Origin: an uncultured bacterium
GTDB taxonomy: Bacteria; Babelota; Babeliae; Babelales; Vermiphilaceae
Assembly (NCBI GenBank): GCA_963702025.1
Contig: OY969699.1
Span: 1,504,001-1,568,000 of the forward strand
Reading direction: 5' to 3'
Length of the DNA: 64,000 bases
The notes beneath the pieces are model-generated. The model did no database searches and had not been told where the DNA came from. It saw only the letters and a program-made list of their open reading frames with translations. The stretch's first letter is position 1. Each line of letters starts with the position of its first letter. The translations under genes were made by a program, and so were the position numbers. Of this stretch, positions 38,435 through 49,898 are shown one piece after another.

Positions 38435-39265
38435 CTATTCTTTTTGCCCAAGGTAAAGGATAAAGGTTGCTGGGCTTGAGACGTCTTTAAATTCACAATA
38501 ACGCATTGTTTTTACGCCAAGACTTTCATAGAGTCGGACATAATCAATGCCAATACAATTTAATGGTGACATACCAGATGGATTTATAACCGTCATATTA
38601 TACCAATCACTACCTTCATTTTTGTTTTCAATATGAAGTATATATTTTTTACTTACACGCACTATTTCTTGGGCTGATTTAACTGCGATGATAAAGGGAA
38701 GATGCATCATAACAGTACAAGTAAAAACTAAATCATAACCATCAGATGGCAAAAATGATAAATCGGGCAGACAACCTTTAATAATTTTAGCTTTTACAGG
38801 GATATCCGGTTTAATAATCCCGGTATTGATCTCAAAATTTTCTTTTATCTGTGCTAAATGTCGGCTATTATGCTCAACGCAGGTGATATCCATACGAGGG
38901 TTACTTGCATATAAATACTTGGATAATTTTCCACAACCCGCACCAAGATCGCATACGCTTGATATCCCTAACGGTAAAATAGTATCTAAAAGAATCCGAT
39001 GAGTAGGATGAATATCCGGAAAGTCATATTCGAAAACATTCCATTCTGCAAGTGAAGAAATGCCTGAATAGTTAACTTCATTTGATAAAGCATTAGCATA
39101 GAGCTTTTCTTCATAGCCAACATTGCAAAGAATGCCAATATCTTGCTTGGCAAGATTGCATTTAAGCAGTTGATTAAAATTATCCGTATGCGCAGACATT
39201 ATTTGCACTATTAAGCAGCTTCCTGAAATAAAATGCATTAAAAAATTTTTTCTTAGAAAGACCAT
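38435..39265 (-). CDS. Class I SAM methyltransferase with signal-like N-terminus
   Basis: VCDLGAGCG, YDLVFTCTVMMH. Confidence 0.8.
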   Translation of the reverse strand: MVFLRKNFLMHFISGSCLIVQIMSAHTDNFNQLLKCNLAKQDIGILCNVGYEEKLYANALSNEVNYSGISSLAEWNVFEYDFPDIHPTHRILLDTILPLGISSVCDLGAGCGKLSKYLYASNPRMDITCVEHNSRHLAQIKENFEINTGIIKPDIPVKAKIIKGCLPDLSFLPSDGYDLVFTCTVMMHLPFIIAVKSAQEIVRVSKKYILHIENKNEGSDWYNMTVINPSGMSPLNCIGIDYVRLYESLGVKTMRYCEFKDVSSPATFILYLGQKE

Positions 39266-39560
39266 ATAATACCCTTATTATTATTTAACATGAAAAAATA
39301 AACAGAAAAGAATGCATTGCATTGTCGGTTCATTAACTCTACTGTTTTGGGATCAACCAAAAATTACTTTGGCTTATTCAAGCAATTTTTTTTTAAAATG
39401 AAAAGATGATTTTAAAGTAATATTCGTTTTCTTCTAGTAGAACCCTCCATTACTCAAAAATTCTATTCACTTGCAAAATTGTAGCAGTTTTAAATAAGCA
39501 TATGCTATAAGAAAAAAGATCTTTCCAGGTAATCAAAACTATCTCAGTAACGGGAGAAAT

Positions 39561-41144
39561 ATGGCTATGAAAATAAAAAAAGCATTTCTATTCTTTTATT
39601 TCATCGGATTTATTACCGGCTCAATTGAATTGTGCTCTGCGCATGACTATATAACGGTGCTTAAAAAAAACGTTTTATATAAATTCGTTCATTTTGACAA
39701 AGCAACGGATAATTTTACCCAAAATATATTCCCTTCATGGGAAAATGAAACTTTTGATGTTTTTGACCAAGTAAAAGATCCTCAGGGCATCGCCATCGAT
39801 ATCGGCGCATGGATCGGAACAACCGCCATTTGGTTGTCCAAAAATTTTTCTCATGTCATAGCAATTGACGCCGATAAAGTTTCTCTTAACTGTCTCCGAT
39901 TAAATTTAGCCGCATCAGAATGTAACAATGTGACTATTTGTGAACGGCCCATTGCGCAAACAAGTAAAAAATTTATTTTTGGGCCCCGCGGCGATGAATT
40001 AAATGAATCAATTTCATACATCAAAGAAGAACTGGGTGCTTCCCCAGCGCACAGTAATCATGATTATGTTGTGCGCGGATTAGCTTTTAAACAGCTGGTA
40101 CATGATTATATATATGCAAATGATAAGTTAAAATCACAAAAAATATCCTTTATTAAATGCGATATTGAGGGTGGCGAAGAAAATATTATTGAAGATTTAT
40201 TGTATTTTGCGTATTACAATAAGGCAAGAGTCTATTTGTCGTTCCATCTGAATTGGTGGAAATCGAAAAAAATAACGGATTTTGAATATCTCTTTAAGTT
40301 CTTTAAAACAAACTGCCCTGTCGCCAATATCTGCGAGTATGTTAATAACAACCCGTTTGCTTCCCTTCTTTTTGAACCACTGGAGAGCAAAGATGTTCTG
40401 ATTAAGAAAAATATGCCGGTTGTGGTCATCGGTTATAATCAATATACCTATATAAAAAATATGGTCGCGCAATTGGAAAAATATACCTCTGATATCATCG
40501 TGGTTGATAATAATAGCACTTACAAGCCCTTAGTGGATTACTATGAAAAGGATTTTAAATACACGCTACTCAAACAAAAACGCAATTATGGCCACACGGT
40601 GTTTAAACAAAGCTTTGTGCAAAATTTAGTGGGTGATATCTATATTCTCACTGATCCGGATCTGGAATTTAACCCTAAACTCCCTACCAATTTTATTCAG
40701 GTTCTGATAGATGTTTCAAATTACTTTGGCTCTCATAAGACCGGCTTTGCCTTATTTATCGACGGCGATGATATACGAACCGACATTAAACTTGAGGGAA
40801 AATCAATTAAAGAATGGGAAAGCTCTAATTGGCAAAAGAAACTAAACTATCCGACCGCCCCTACTTTGGAGTTGTATAGAGCACCTCTTGATACTACGTT
40901 TTGCTTGGTCAATAAAAAACAGGGCGACTGGCACCAAAATAATGTTCGTGTAGCGGGTAATTATACCTGTAAACATCTTCCATGGCACAAAAATTTCAAG
41001 GATGCGCTCCTTCCGGGCGAATATGAAGCATACAAACAAAGCAACGTGTCGACCAACTGGTTTAAAAGAAATAAAATATTCACCAATGAGATGCTTTCCT
41101 TAATTTTTGAAAACATTGCAGCAATTGAGTTGTACCGTCTTTAG
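39561..41144 (+). CDS. FkbM methyltransferase / GT2 glycosyltransferase fusion with signal peptide
   Basis: IDIGAWIG, IKCDIEGGE; then IIVVDNNSTY, ILTDPD, APLDTTF. Confidence 0.8.
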   Translation: MAMKIKKAFLFFYFIGFITGSIELCSAHDYITVLKKNVLYKFVHFDKATDNFTQNIFPSWENETFDVFDQVKDPQGIAIDIGAWIGTTAIWLSKNFSHVIAIDADKVSLNCLRLNLAASECNNVTICERPIAQTSKKFIFGPRGDELNESISYIKEELGASPAHSNHDYVVRGLAFKQLVHDYIYANDKLKSQKISFIKCDIEGGEENIIEDLLYFAYYNKARVYLSFHLNWWKSKKITDFEYLFKFFKTNCPVANICEYVNNNPFASLLFEPLESKDVLIKKNMPVVVIGYNQYTYIKNMVAQLEKYTSDIIVVDNNSTYKPLVDYYEKDFKYTLLKQKRNYGHTVFKQSFVQNLVGDIYILTDPDLEFNPKLPTNFIQVLIDVSNYFGSHKTGFALFIDGDDIRTDIKLEGKSIKEWESSNWQKKLNYPTAPTLELYRAPLDTTFCLVNKKQGDWHQNNVRVAGNYTCKHLPWHKNFKDALLPGEYEAYKQSNVSTNWFKRNKIFTNEMLSLIFENIAAIELYRL

Positions 41145-41259
41145 GCGCACAATCATACACTGGCACCATGTCCAGCCGAGCTCATTTTGAATACGTAAAA
41201 GCCCTTTATTTTTTTTGCTTTCTTTTCTATACTCTGGACAAAATAGAAAAGGGTGAGTA

Positions 41260-42519
41260 ATGATTTGCCGCAGGTACTGTATAATTTTTTCGATTATTTT
41301 TTCGGGTAGCGCTCACAGCATCACCGGTCCGGTGCTCCTTGTTGTCGGAACCCGGCCCGAGGGAATCAAAATGATACCTGTTTATATCGCACTTAAAGAA
41401 GAGCAGATTCCGGTCCTTTTATGCTCCACCGGACAGCACACCGATCTTTTAGAAGATATTTTTGCCGCTTTTAGCGTTGAACCCGATTTTCGGTTCAATA
41501 TTATGAAACCGGGCCAAGATCTTTTTTATATAACCACGACCGTGCTTGATAAGATGAAAATGATTCTTCAAGAAATCAAGCCTTCATTAGTGATCGTGCA
41601 AGGCGATACCACCAGCGCAATGGCTGCCGCACTTGCTGCCTTTTATCTAAAGATCCCCGTTGGCCATGTTGAGGCAGGATTACGAACGGGCAATATAAAT
41701 GCACCCTACCCGGAAGAAATGAACCGCACTTTTATTAGTCTTATCGCTTCCTATCATTTTGCACCAACCGCCCTTTCAGTAAACAATTTACTCAAAGAGC
41801 ATATTGATCCAACCACTATTTTTTGTGTTGGCAATACCGTGGTTGATGCTCTTGCCATGATGAGCGAAACTATACGCGCCAAAGAAAATCTGATAAGCAA
41901 AGAGTTGGAAGAAACAATTTCTTGGTGCAAAAAAAATAATAAAAAAATCGTATTGCTCACCGCGCATCGCAGAGAATCATTTGATATCGGTCTAGTCTCA
42001 ATTTTCAGGGCCATACAATATTTGTTACAGGAACATTCAGATCTGGCAATTATTTATCCGATGCACCCCAATCCGATTATTAAGCGAAAATTTTTAGAAA
42101 CTGATCTGAACCATTGTGCAAATATCTTTGTTACTGCTCCCTTGAACTATACCGATATGATCTATCTATTAAATAATGTAGATTTTGTTGCCACTGATTC
42201 GGGGGGAATACAAGAAGAAGCGGTAAGCTTGGGCAAACCGGTGCTCGTATTGCGCAATGAAACTGATCGGCCCGAGGGGGTGCTCTATGGAGCGGCACAG
42301 TTGGTCGGCACTGATACGCAAACAATTATCGATTCATGCAATCGACTTCTTACTGATACCCCATCAAAAGGGTATTCAACAATTTACGGTGATGGCACCG
42401 CATCAAAAAAAATTGCAAAAATAGTAACTTCCTTACTAAAAAAAGGGGAAACCGATGTACAAAAAAATGTTATTCATTCTTATAGGTCTGGTGTGTATAA
42501 CCAACTACCGGCCCACTAA
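41260..42519 (+). CDS. wecB: UDP-N-acetylglucosamine 2-epimerase (non-hydrolysing) with signal-like N-terminal extension
   Basis: GTRPEGIKM, TGQH, VQGDTT, HVEAGLR, PEEMNR, HRRE, TDSGGIQEE. Confidence 0.95.
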   Translation: MICRRYCIIFSIIFSGSAHSITGPVLLVVGTRPEGIKMIPVYIALKEEQIPVLLCSTGQHTDLLEDIFAAFSVEPDFRFNIMKPGQDLFYITTTVLDKMKMILQEIKPSLVIVQGDTTSAMAAALAAFYLKIPVGHVEAGLRTGNINAPYPEEMNRTFISLIASYHFAPTALSVNNLLKEHIDPTTIFCVGNTVVDALAMMSETIRAKENLISKELEETISWCKKNNKKIVLLTAHRRESFDIGLVSIFRAIQYLLQEHSDLAIIYPMHPNPIIKRKFLETDLNHCANIFVTAPLNYTDMIYLLNNVDFVATDSGGIQEEAVSLGKPVLVLRNETDRPEGVLYGAAQLVGTDTQTIIDSCNRLLTDTPSKGYSTIYGDGTASKKIAKIVTSLLKKGETDVQKNVIHSYRSGVYNQLPAH

Positions 42520-43363
42520 TTGCAAAGAAATTCAAAAAAAACGGGTATTGATTGGGAGCCCGATACGGCAAAAACCTGCTATTTTAAAAGAGTTTTTGCA
42601 ATCATTGAAAGAATTGAATAATGAAACGTTTGAAGCGGATTACTTATTTGTTGATGATAATAACGATCCGGAATCATCATTAATGCTCAATACTTTTGTC
42701 AATGAAATACCCGAAGATTACGCCATTCTAAAATGTAACAACCCGGAAGAAGATGCCTATGTATGCAATGAACGCACCCATTATTGGCACGAAAAAATTA
42801 TTTGGAAGGTTGCCTATTTTAAAAATTGCATAATCGATTATGCGCTGCAACATTCTTACGACTATCTTTTTTTAATTGATTCAGATATCGTTCTGAATCC
42901 TAAAACCATTGATCATTTAATCGAAACCAATAAAGATATTGTTTCTAATATTTTCTGGACACACTGGCAACCGGAAAATCCCAAATTGCCGCAAGTATGG
43001 CTCATCGATGAATATCAATTTTATATATCAGGCCGCAATGAAAAATTAACCCAAGATGAAATACATGCAAGAACCGTCACATTTTTACAGCAATTGTTAT
43101 ACCCGGGAACCTACGAAGTTGGCGGACTGGGCGCCTGCACCTTGCTTTCACAAAAAGCATTACAAACCGGCGTTAACTTCAAAAAAATAAAAAATCTGAG
43201 TTTTTGGGGAGAAGACAGACATTTTTGTATTCGCGCGGCGGCCCTTGGCATTGAGCTGTTTGTGGATACCTATTATCCGGCCTATCACATTTACCGTGAA
43301 TCGGATCTGAACGGCATTCCTTTGTATAAACAAAATTGCGCAAATAACATTTACCAAATTTAA
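42455..43363 (+). CDS. GT-A (family 2-like) glycosyltransferase with signal peptide
   Basis: FVDD, FLIDSD, GGLGACTL, WGEDRHFC. Confidence 0.8.
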   Translation: MYKKMLFILIGLVCITNYRPTNCKEIQKKRVLIGSPIRQKPAILKEFLQSLKELNNETFEADYLFVDDNNDPESSLMLNTFVNEIPEDYAILKCNNPEEDAYVCNERTHYWHEKIIWKVAYFKNCIIDYALQHSYDYLFLIDSDIVLNPKTIDHLIETNKDIVSNIFWTHWQPENPKLPQVWLIDEYQFYISGRNEKLTQDEIHARTVTFLQQLLYPGTYEVGGLGACTLLSQKALQTGVNFKKIKNLSFWGEDRHFCIRAAALGIELFVDTYYPAYHIYRESDLNGIPLYKQNCANNIYQI

Positions 43364-43369
43364 AGGAAC

Positions 43370-44140
43370 ATGATGAACATACAAAAAATAACTTTTCTGA
43401 TCATATGTTGTTTTTTTGGGGGAACGATCCATCCGAAAAAAAAACAGAAGCTTGTCTTTTCTATGATTATGAAAAATGAAGCAGGTAGAAAATTACGGGA
43501 GTGCTTAGAAGAAATTAATCACTATGCGGATCTTGCGGTAATAATAGACGATGCGAGTACGGATAACAGTATCGCAATAGCACAAGAAATACTCGGTGAT
43601 AAACTGATCCTTATCAGAAATAGAGAGTCAAAATTTTCCAATGAAATTGTTTTACGCAAACAACAATGGGAAGAAACTATAAAAACAAACCCGGATTGGA
43701 TACTTAATATTGATGCCGATCAGATTTTTGAAACAAAAATGAGGGATGAAATTTATCGGCTCATCAATCAAGATGAAATAGATGTGTGGTGTTTCCGCTT
43801 ATACGATTTTTGGGATGAAACTCACTATCGAGATGACCAGATGTGGTGCGCGCATAACACCTACCGCTCTTTCTTGATTAGGTATAAAAAAGATTTTAAT
43901 TATACCTGGAAAGAAACGCCACAGCATTGCGGCCACTTCCCGCAAAGTATTTATTTTGGCGGATTGCGTATTGGCTATTCTCTTATGAGATTAAAGCACT
44001 ATGGGTGGGCAAAAGAAGAGGATCGGATTGCAAAATATTATCGGTATATGAAACTTGATCCGGGCGCCAAATATGGCAACCAAGCACATTACGATTCTAT
44101 TTTGGATACCAATCCTCATTTGCTCGAGTGGATTGAGTAA
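43370..44140 (+). CDS. Family 2 glycosyltransferase with signal peptide
   Basis: MKNE, IIDDASTDNS, NIDAD, KHYGW. Confidence 0.85.
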   Translation: MMNIQKITFLIICCFFGGTIHPKKKQKLVFSMIMKNEAGRKLRECLEEINHYADLAVIIDDASTDNSIAIAQEILGDKLILIRNRESKFSNEIVLRKQQWEETIKTNPDWILNIDADQIFETKMRDEIYRLINQDEIDVWCFRLYDFWDETHYRDDQMWCAHNTYRSFLIRYKKDFNYTWKETPQHCGHFPQSIYFGGLRIGYSLMRLKHYGWAKEEDRIAKYYRYMKLDPGAKYGNQAHYDSILDTNPHLLEWIE

Positions 44141-44176
44141 TATTTATTAAAATATATTTTTATTGTCTGGAATGCT

Positions 44177-45418
44177 ATGAAAAAAATACTTAAAATTGTA
44201 CTACTCATTTTACCTCTCTCCATGATCGCACGCGATCCACATTCAAAATATGACGCAACCCTAATCGGCATGATCTCATATCAAAGCGCCTGTAAACTGC
44301 CAGGATTATGGATAGACAACTTATATAAAGATTGCTCAATTAATTTCATACCAACCTGTTTCATGAATCTCGATTCGGCATCTGAAGTAACCAAATTAAT
44401 TGCACAAAACCCCGATAAAACTCCCGGCACCGTTAGTATATTGCTCGATAACGTAATTTGGACCCCTCAATATTGTTCATATACCTATGTACCAGATAGC
44501 CCTATTAAAATTGTTCTATCAATGCTGGAAGCATCAAAAATGATTCCGCAATGTGTACAGATTTTAAATACCAAATTCGATGCGGTCATAGTGCCTGATG
44601 AATACTGGATTCCAGTCTACCGAGAATCCGGCGTAACAATTCCTATTTTTGTGCTGCCCTGCGGGCTTGATCTTGATGGCCTGTTATCAAAACCATTACC
44701 CCGTAGACCGCATACCACCTTTACCTTTGGATTTTCCGGCGCATTCTGGGAACGAAAAAATCATGTAAAAGTGCTTGAAGCATTTGCGCAAGAATTCGGC
44801 AATGATCCCCATGTTCAATTAAGACTTCATGGGCGCGGAGGCTACCAATCTATTCTTAATGATTTATCTAGCCTTATAAAAAAATACCGTCTGGATAATG
44901 TAGAGATATTTACGGATCAATTTAGTCAACGGCAATTTGAAGATTTTATGACATCTCTTGATGTGTATGTGTTAGTTTCAACTGCCGAAGGTTATTCGAT
45001 CAGCCCCCGTGAAGCAATGGCGCTTGGCATTCCGTGTATATTATCAAACAACACCGCGCATATTACCCTATGCAACAGCGGATTTGTAAGGGCAGTAAAA
45101 GCGGAGATACCGCGCGATCCGGACCAATATGAAACATTACGCGGCATTGTTGATCGCGGTATTCAATTTGATTGCACCGTTGAAGATGTACGCGCAGCGA
45201 TGAGAGACGTCTATAACAATTATCAGTCATATTTAGAAAAAGCGGGCCCCGCTCGCCAGTGGGTAAGAAGATATTCATTTTCCACGCTTAAAGAAAAGCA
45301 TCTTAACTTTATTAAGCCTCCCCGTGTAATTCTGGGGAATGAAAACAAAGTTGAAAATGATTATTTAATGACCAATGATGCGAAACTTTATAATAAATAT
45401 CTACAGATTATACAGTAG
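44177..45418 (+). CDS. Family 4 (GT-B) glycosyltransferase with signal peptide
   Basis: ERKN, STAEGYSISPREAMALGIP. Confidence 0.85.
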   Translation: MKKILKIVLLILPLSMIARDPHSKYDATLIGMISYQSACKLPGLWIDNLYKDCSINFIPTCFMNLDSASEVTKLIAQNPDKTPGTVSILLDNVIWTPQYCSYTYVPDSPIKIVLSMLEASKMIPQCVQILNTKFDAVIVPDEYWIPVYRESGVTIPIFVLPCGLDLDGLLSKPLPRRPHTTFTFGFSGAFWERKNHVKVLEAFAQEFGNDPHVQLRLHGRGGYQSILNDLSSLIKKYRLDNVEIFTDQFSQRQFEDFMTSLDVYVLVSTAEGYSISPREAMALGIPCILSNNTAHITLCNSGFVRAVKAEIPRDPDQYETLRGIVDRGIQFDCTVEDVRAAMRDVYNNYQSYLEKAGPARQWVRRYSFSTLKEKHLNFIKPPRVILGNENKVENDYLMTNDAKLYNKYLQIIQ

Positions 45419-45430
45419 TACGGGATCCCC

Positions 45431-46528
45431 ATGAAACAATCACTCATTTTAGCAATTTTGGTAAGCCTCTTGCCTAATTCACTTTTATCCAAGAGCGCAT
45501 TAATCTTTGGCATTGCAGGGCAAGATGGCATATATCTAACTGAATTACTCCTGAGTAAAGGATATACAGTTCATGGTGTGGCAAGGAGATGTACAAATAA
45601 AAATCTAAAGCTACTCGATGTTTTTGCACAAAATAGAAATCTTCAGACAAAACTTATTTTACACTTTGGGGATGTGACTGACCCTCTTAATATACGTGAA
45701 CTTATCTCTCAAATAAATCCAGATGAAATATACAATCTAGCTGCACAAAGCAATGTAAAACTATCCTTTGATACCGCATTTCATACCGCTCAAACAAATG
45801 CGCTCGGAACTCTTAATATTTTAGAAGCCATACGGTCAATAAATACCAATATTCATTTCTACCAAGCATCGAGCGGTGAGATGTTTGGTAAAGCTGAAGG
45901 GTTACCTCAAAATGAAACTACTCCCTTCCATCCACAATCTCCCTATGCAATCGCCAAACTTTATTCTTATTGGATAACGGTAAACTATCGGAACGCCTAT
46001 GGCATTTTTGCCTGCAATGGCATTCTTTTTAACCATGAATCCCATTTAAGAGATGAAACATTTGTCACCAAAAAAATAACCCGTTCCGTTGCCCGCATTT
46101 ATTACGGACTGCAAGAAACATTGTATTTGGGAAATCTTAATGCGCGGCGCGATTGGGGCTTTGCCAAGGATTATGTTGAAACAATGTGGCTCATGCTTCA
46201 ACAAGAAAAACCTGCTGATTATGTTGTTGCCACCGGCAAGAACCATTCGGTTCGCGAGTTTGTTGAACATGCATTTAATGAAGTAGACGTTGAAATTGAA
46301 TGGCAAGGGGAGGGAACAGAAGAAAAAGGCATAGATAAAAAAACAGGCAAAATTATTGTTGCCGTTGATCCCGCCTATTTTAGACCAACAGAAGTAGAAT
46401 ATTCCATCGGTGACCCGTCCAAGGCAATTGCAGAGTTACGATGGCAACCAAAAACTGATTTCGCATCGTTGGTTACCCTTATGGTGCAGCATGATTTGGC
46501 CGAAACTAAAGAAGAAATGAAAAAATAG
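45431..46528 (+). CDS. gmd: GDP-mannose 4,6-dehydratase, divergent copy, with signal-like extension
   Basis: [44 protein letters not shown]. Confidence 0.9.
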   Translation: MKQSLILAILVSLLPNSLLSKSALIFGIAGQDGIYLTELLLSKGYTVHGVARRCTNKNLKLLDVFAQNRNLQTKLILHFGDVTDPLNIRELISQINPDEIYNLAAQSNVKLSFDTAFHTAQTNALGTLNILEAIRSINTNIHFYQASSGEMFGKAEGLPQNETTPFHPQSPYAIAKLYSYWITVNYRNAYGIFACNGILFNHESHLRDETFVTKKITRSVARIYYGLQETLYLGNLNARRDWGFAKDYVETMWLMLQQEKPADYVVATGKNHSVREFVEHAFNEVDVEIEWQGEGTEEKGIDKKTGKIIVAVDPAYFRPTEVEYSIGDPSKAIAELRWQPKTDFASLVTLMVQHDLAETKEEMKK

Positions 46529-46543
46529 TAAAAAAGGATTTTT

Positions 46544-47542
46544 ATGAAAAAAATACTATTACTAACATTTTGTATCACTCTCAATGCAATCGCATTGAAA
46601 ATTCCTACCAGCAGCAATTCACCTCATTTACGTTTCATAAATTGCAAGTCTTGGGATTTATGCACGCTCGATGAATCATTTATCGCTATGCTCGCTCGTG
46701 CCTTTAAGCCGGTAAATTTTGTAGAAACAGGCACATTTAAAGGTGACACCACTGATCGAGCATGCCGCTATTTTCCATTTAAATATACCATTGAGTTAAG
46801 CAAAGAATTGTATGACGGAGTCACCCAAAGATTCATGCATGACAAAACTGTATTTCCGTATCATGGTGATTCTGTTGAAATTTTACCAATGATAATTCAA
46901 TCATTAAAAGGAAAAACGCTCTTTTTTCTCGATGCGCATTTTAGTGGCAACGGAACGGCTAAGGGTTCAACTAATACTCCAATTTTGTCCGAACTTGAGA
47001 TTATTAAGAAGGCAGGTGTTACCGATGGCATAATTGTGGTTGATGATACCCGTATGTTTTACGAACACAATGCCTCTGTACAGGGAAGCATAATGGAAGG
47101 ATATCCATCGTTAGCAGCGATTATAAATAAAATTTTGGAAATAAACCCTGATTACTCCTTTGCAATCATCGCTGACGATTTAGTGGCATACCCGGCATCT
47201 GAAAATATAACGGTCTCCGCAGTAACCCGAGCAGTAACTATTAGTAGAGTTTATGATGGCAACAATTTCACGGTTGATGAAGTTTTAGCTGCAGAACAAA
47301 TTATTGCAAAAGCAACCGGAGATGAACGTGCTACCATTCAAATGCTGGCAGAACATTGTACTGAACCGTGGAGTAAAAAAGCAGGACTTTCCCGCCATTA
47401 TCCTCTATGGTACGGACTCATTTTATTTAATGAGAATAACCATGGTAGAGCAGAGTTATTTTTGCAAGAAGCAAAACAACGAGGGCTAAAACATCCATAT
47501 ATTGATTCTTATTTCAAACCACAATCATACAGTTTTCTTTAA
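46544..47542 (+). CDS. Methyltransferase-like protein with signal peptide
   Basis: VETGTFKG, FLDAHFSG, VDD; paralogue of the C-terminal half of 36646. Confidence 0.65.
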   Translation: MKKILLLTFCITLNAIALKIPTSSNSPHLRFINCKSWDLCTLDESFIAMLARAFKPVNFVETGTFKGDTTDRACRYFPFKYTIELSKELYDGVTQRFMHDKTVFPYHGDSVEILPMIIQSLKGKTLFFLDAHFSGNGTAKGSTNTPILSELEIIKKAGVTDGIIVVDDTRMFYEHNASVQGSIMEGYPSLAAIINKILEINPDYSFAIIADDLVAYPASENITVSAVTRAVTISRVYDGNNFTVDEVLAAEQIIAKATGDERATIQMLAEHCTEPWSKKAGLSRHYPLWYGLILFNENNHGRAELFLQEAKQRGLKHPYIDSYFKPQSYSFL

Positions 47543-47552
47543 TAAAATACTT

Positions 47553-48335
47553 TTACTTATATAGTTGCTCGTAATTAGCTTTATCCCAATACCAAGCCGG
47601 CGACTCTTCATAACGGGGTATATGATAAAATCCTAATTCATTATCTTTCCACGATGAATGGTGATAATCAATTTTATAAGGATTTGATAATCGATTTACA
47701 ATATGTTTAGTAAAATATTCTTCACAAAAATGGTAGTCCCCTTTAACGAACTTCTCGATCTCGGGATGATTTTTAAATAATTCGCGAGCGCAAGACACCT
47801 TAATAAAAAAGCAATCGGTATGGCAATAATCTTTAAGATGAGTTCGATCTTCTCTATCTTCAAATCCGATCCAATTCTTAATAACAATATCATGACCATC
47901 GATAATTTTGCCAACCGCTTTTTTAATCAGATTCATATCATTAATAAATACTGATTCATGTTTAAAAAGTATAATATCCTCATCGGCGCATGCCGGATCA
48001 TTTACTGCAATTTTTATTGAATTGATAATGCAATTTAAACAATCCAATTGTTTATCTCTGGATTGAAAAACCATACATGCCGGTTTTTGACCATTAAATT
48101 CTACATCCACATTTTGAGCGTCATTTGTTGCCACAAATATCTTTTTAAAGGGAATTAATGCCATATCCTTCTGGGTTGTTTCGATAAGTAATTGCTTACG
48201 GCCATATGAGGGCCCGGTACACAGAATAATTTTATGTTTTAATACATAATCAATGGCATTTTGACTTGGAATGACTGCCCCATAAGAAAGATTGCACATT
48301 AAAATGAGAGCAGTAATTATCAAGTGCTTTTTCAT
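47553..48335 (-). CDS. Secreted hypothetical protein
   Basis: 260 aa; signal peptide MKKHLIITALILMCNLSYG; no recognised motif. Confidence 0.6.
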   Translation of the reverse strand: MKKHLIITALILMCNLSYGAVIPSQNAIDYVLKHKIILCTGPSYGRKQLLIETTQKDMALIPFKKIFVATNDAQNVDVEFNGQKPACMVFQSRDKQLDCLNCIINSIKIAVNDPACADEDIILFKHESVFINDMNLIKKAVGKIIDGHDIVIKNWIGFEDREDRTHLKDYCHTDCFFIKVSCARELFKNHPEIEKFVKGDYHFCEEYFTKHIVNRLSNPYKIDYHHSSWKDNELGFYHIPRYEESPAWYWDKANYEQLYK

Positions 48336-48355
48336 TGACCAACCCTTATTTGTTA

Positions 48356-49054
48356 TTAATTGTTCGATCCTTTTGCTTTAAAGACCACCCAAATACGCGG
48401 TTGATCTTTATCGAGCAATACAGAAATACCTTTTTTACCAAAAAATTCATTAACGGCACGCGGCACTCCCGGATGACGGGTGGCATAATCATCACCGGCC
48501 ATAACACCACCCTCTTTTATTTTGGGCCACCATGCTTCCAAATCTTTAAGAACTTCTTCATAATTATGGTTTGCATCTAAAAATACGATATCAATTTCCC
48601 CGTCTTCAAAACGCCGCGCAGCATTAAGCGAAAAATCACGAATTAATTCGAAGCGATCCCCAAATACGCTCAATTTATTTTTTACCTTATGGAAAAATAT
48701 TTCGTAATAATTATCTGATGTCACAAGATTGGTAGAATCCCCATAATTTAAATAAGGATCAATACCATATAATTTCTTAATATTTGTTGCTTCCAATATT
48801 CTTTTGCAATGTGATCCAAAGGAAATACCTATTTCTATGGCCGTATGAAAACCATACTGATTTATCAATCGCGGCACTATATTATAATAGACCCCCCAAT
48901 CCGCATCACATCCCGCTTCCATTTTATCTAGATAGTCAAGAGCTTGATTAATTTCTATTAACGGTATTCTTGTTTGTACATGCAATTCATGCCTGTCTAA
49001 ATAGGCACAAAGTTTTATGCTTACCAATAACAATATTATTATTAATTTTTTCAT
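48356..49054 (-). CDS. Class I SAM methyltransferase (Methyltransf_24-like) with signal peptide
   Basis: IEIG, GIDPY, VFLDANHNY, GGVMAGDDY. Confidence 0.85.
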   Translation of the reverse strand: MKKLIIILLLVSIKLCAYLDRHELHVQTRIPLIEINQALDYLDKMEAGCDADWGVYYNIVPRLINQYGFHTAIEIGISFGSHCKRILEATNIKKLYGIDPYLNYGDSTNLVTSDNYYEIFFHKVKNKLSVFGDRFELIRDFSLNAARRFEDGEIDIVFLDANHNYEEVLKDLEAWWPKIKEGGVMAGDDYATRHPGVPRAVNEFFGKKGISVLLDKDQPRIWVVFKAKGSNN

Positions 49055-49898
49055 ATGAACCCTTTTTATTTATTAACGATTATTTTCTTTAACCAACCTT
49101 ATTTGACGTGTCTATAAATCCGGATTTGGCATATGTTTCTTGATTATTAAATATGAATTTTGGATAGGTTTCATCTATTTTGACTAAAGGAAAGGATGCG
49201 ATTCTCTTTTCCATATTTTTTCGATCCTTATTGGTCGGCGTGTCATATTCAGCATGCGCCCATGATGTTAGTTTGGTTACTACTCGATCATAACCACCCA
49301 TATAGGTAAGATGCCAACCCGCGTTATTAATGCCAGGAACCATTCTGCGTTGTGCTAAACTTCTACAATAATCCGGTGCAAATTTTTTTAAATCTTTATA
49401 AAAGACGCCTATCGATCCGGGCCACGGGGAATCTTTTGCGTCAAAACGATTAAAATAATATCTATACATTGCTTGGTTACAAAGGACCACTCTATGCCTA
49501 ACGGAGTCAGGCATTTCTTCAAGTGTTTTTTTAATTTCCGGAATAACTGATGGTCTTATAATCTCATCCGCATCTGAAATTAAAATTAAATCATCCGGCT
49601 CACAATCCTTGAGGCCCCTCATAATCTGATCACGTTGATAACGATCCCTCACCCAAGCATCATTTGTTGTGATCCGCTCATCAACAATAACATGAACTAT
49701 TTTATCTAAAAATTTTTCAAAATGTTGCTTATTCGCTTCAAAATAGAGCGGCTTAGGGTTACCCCTAAAGGTTTCACGTGATTCTACTAAAACAAATTTA
49801 TCCACATGATCATACAGTTCATGAAATCGAACCTCTAGAAGCTCGAGCTCATTAAAGAATAAAAAACAATCATAAATTTTTGCATAACCCATATTACT

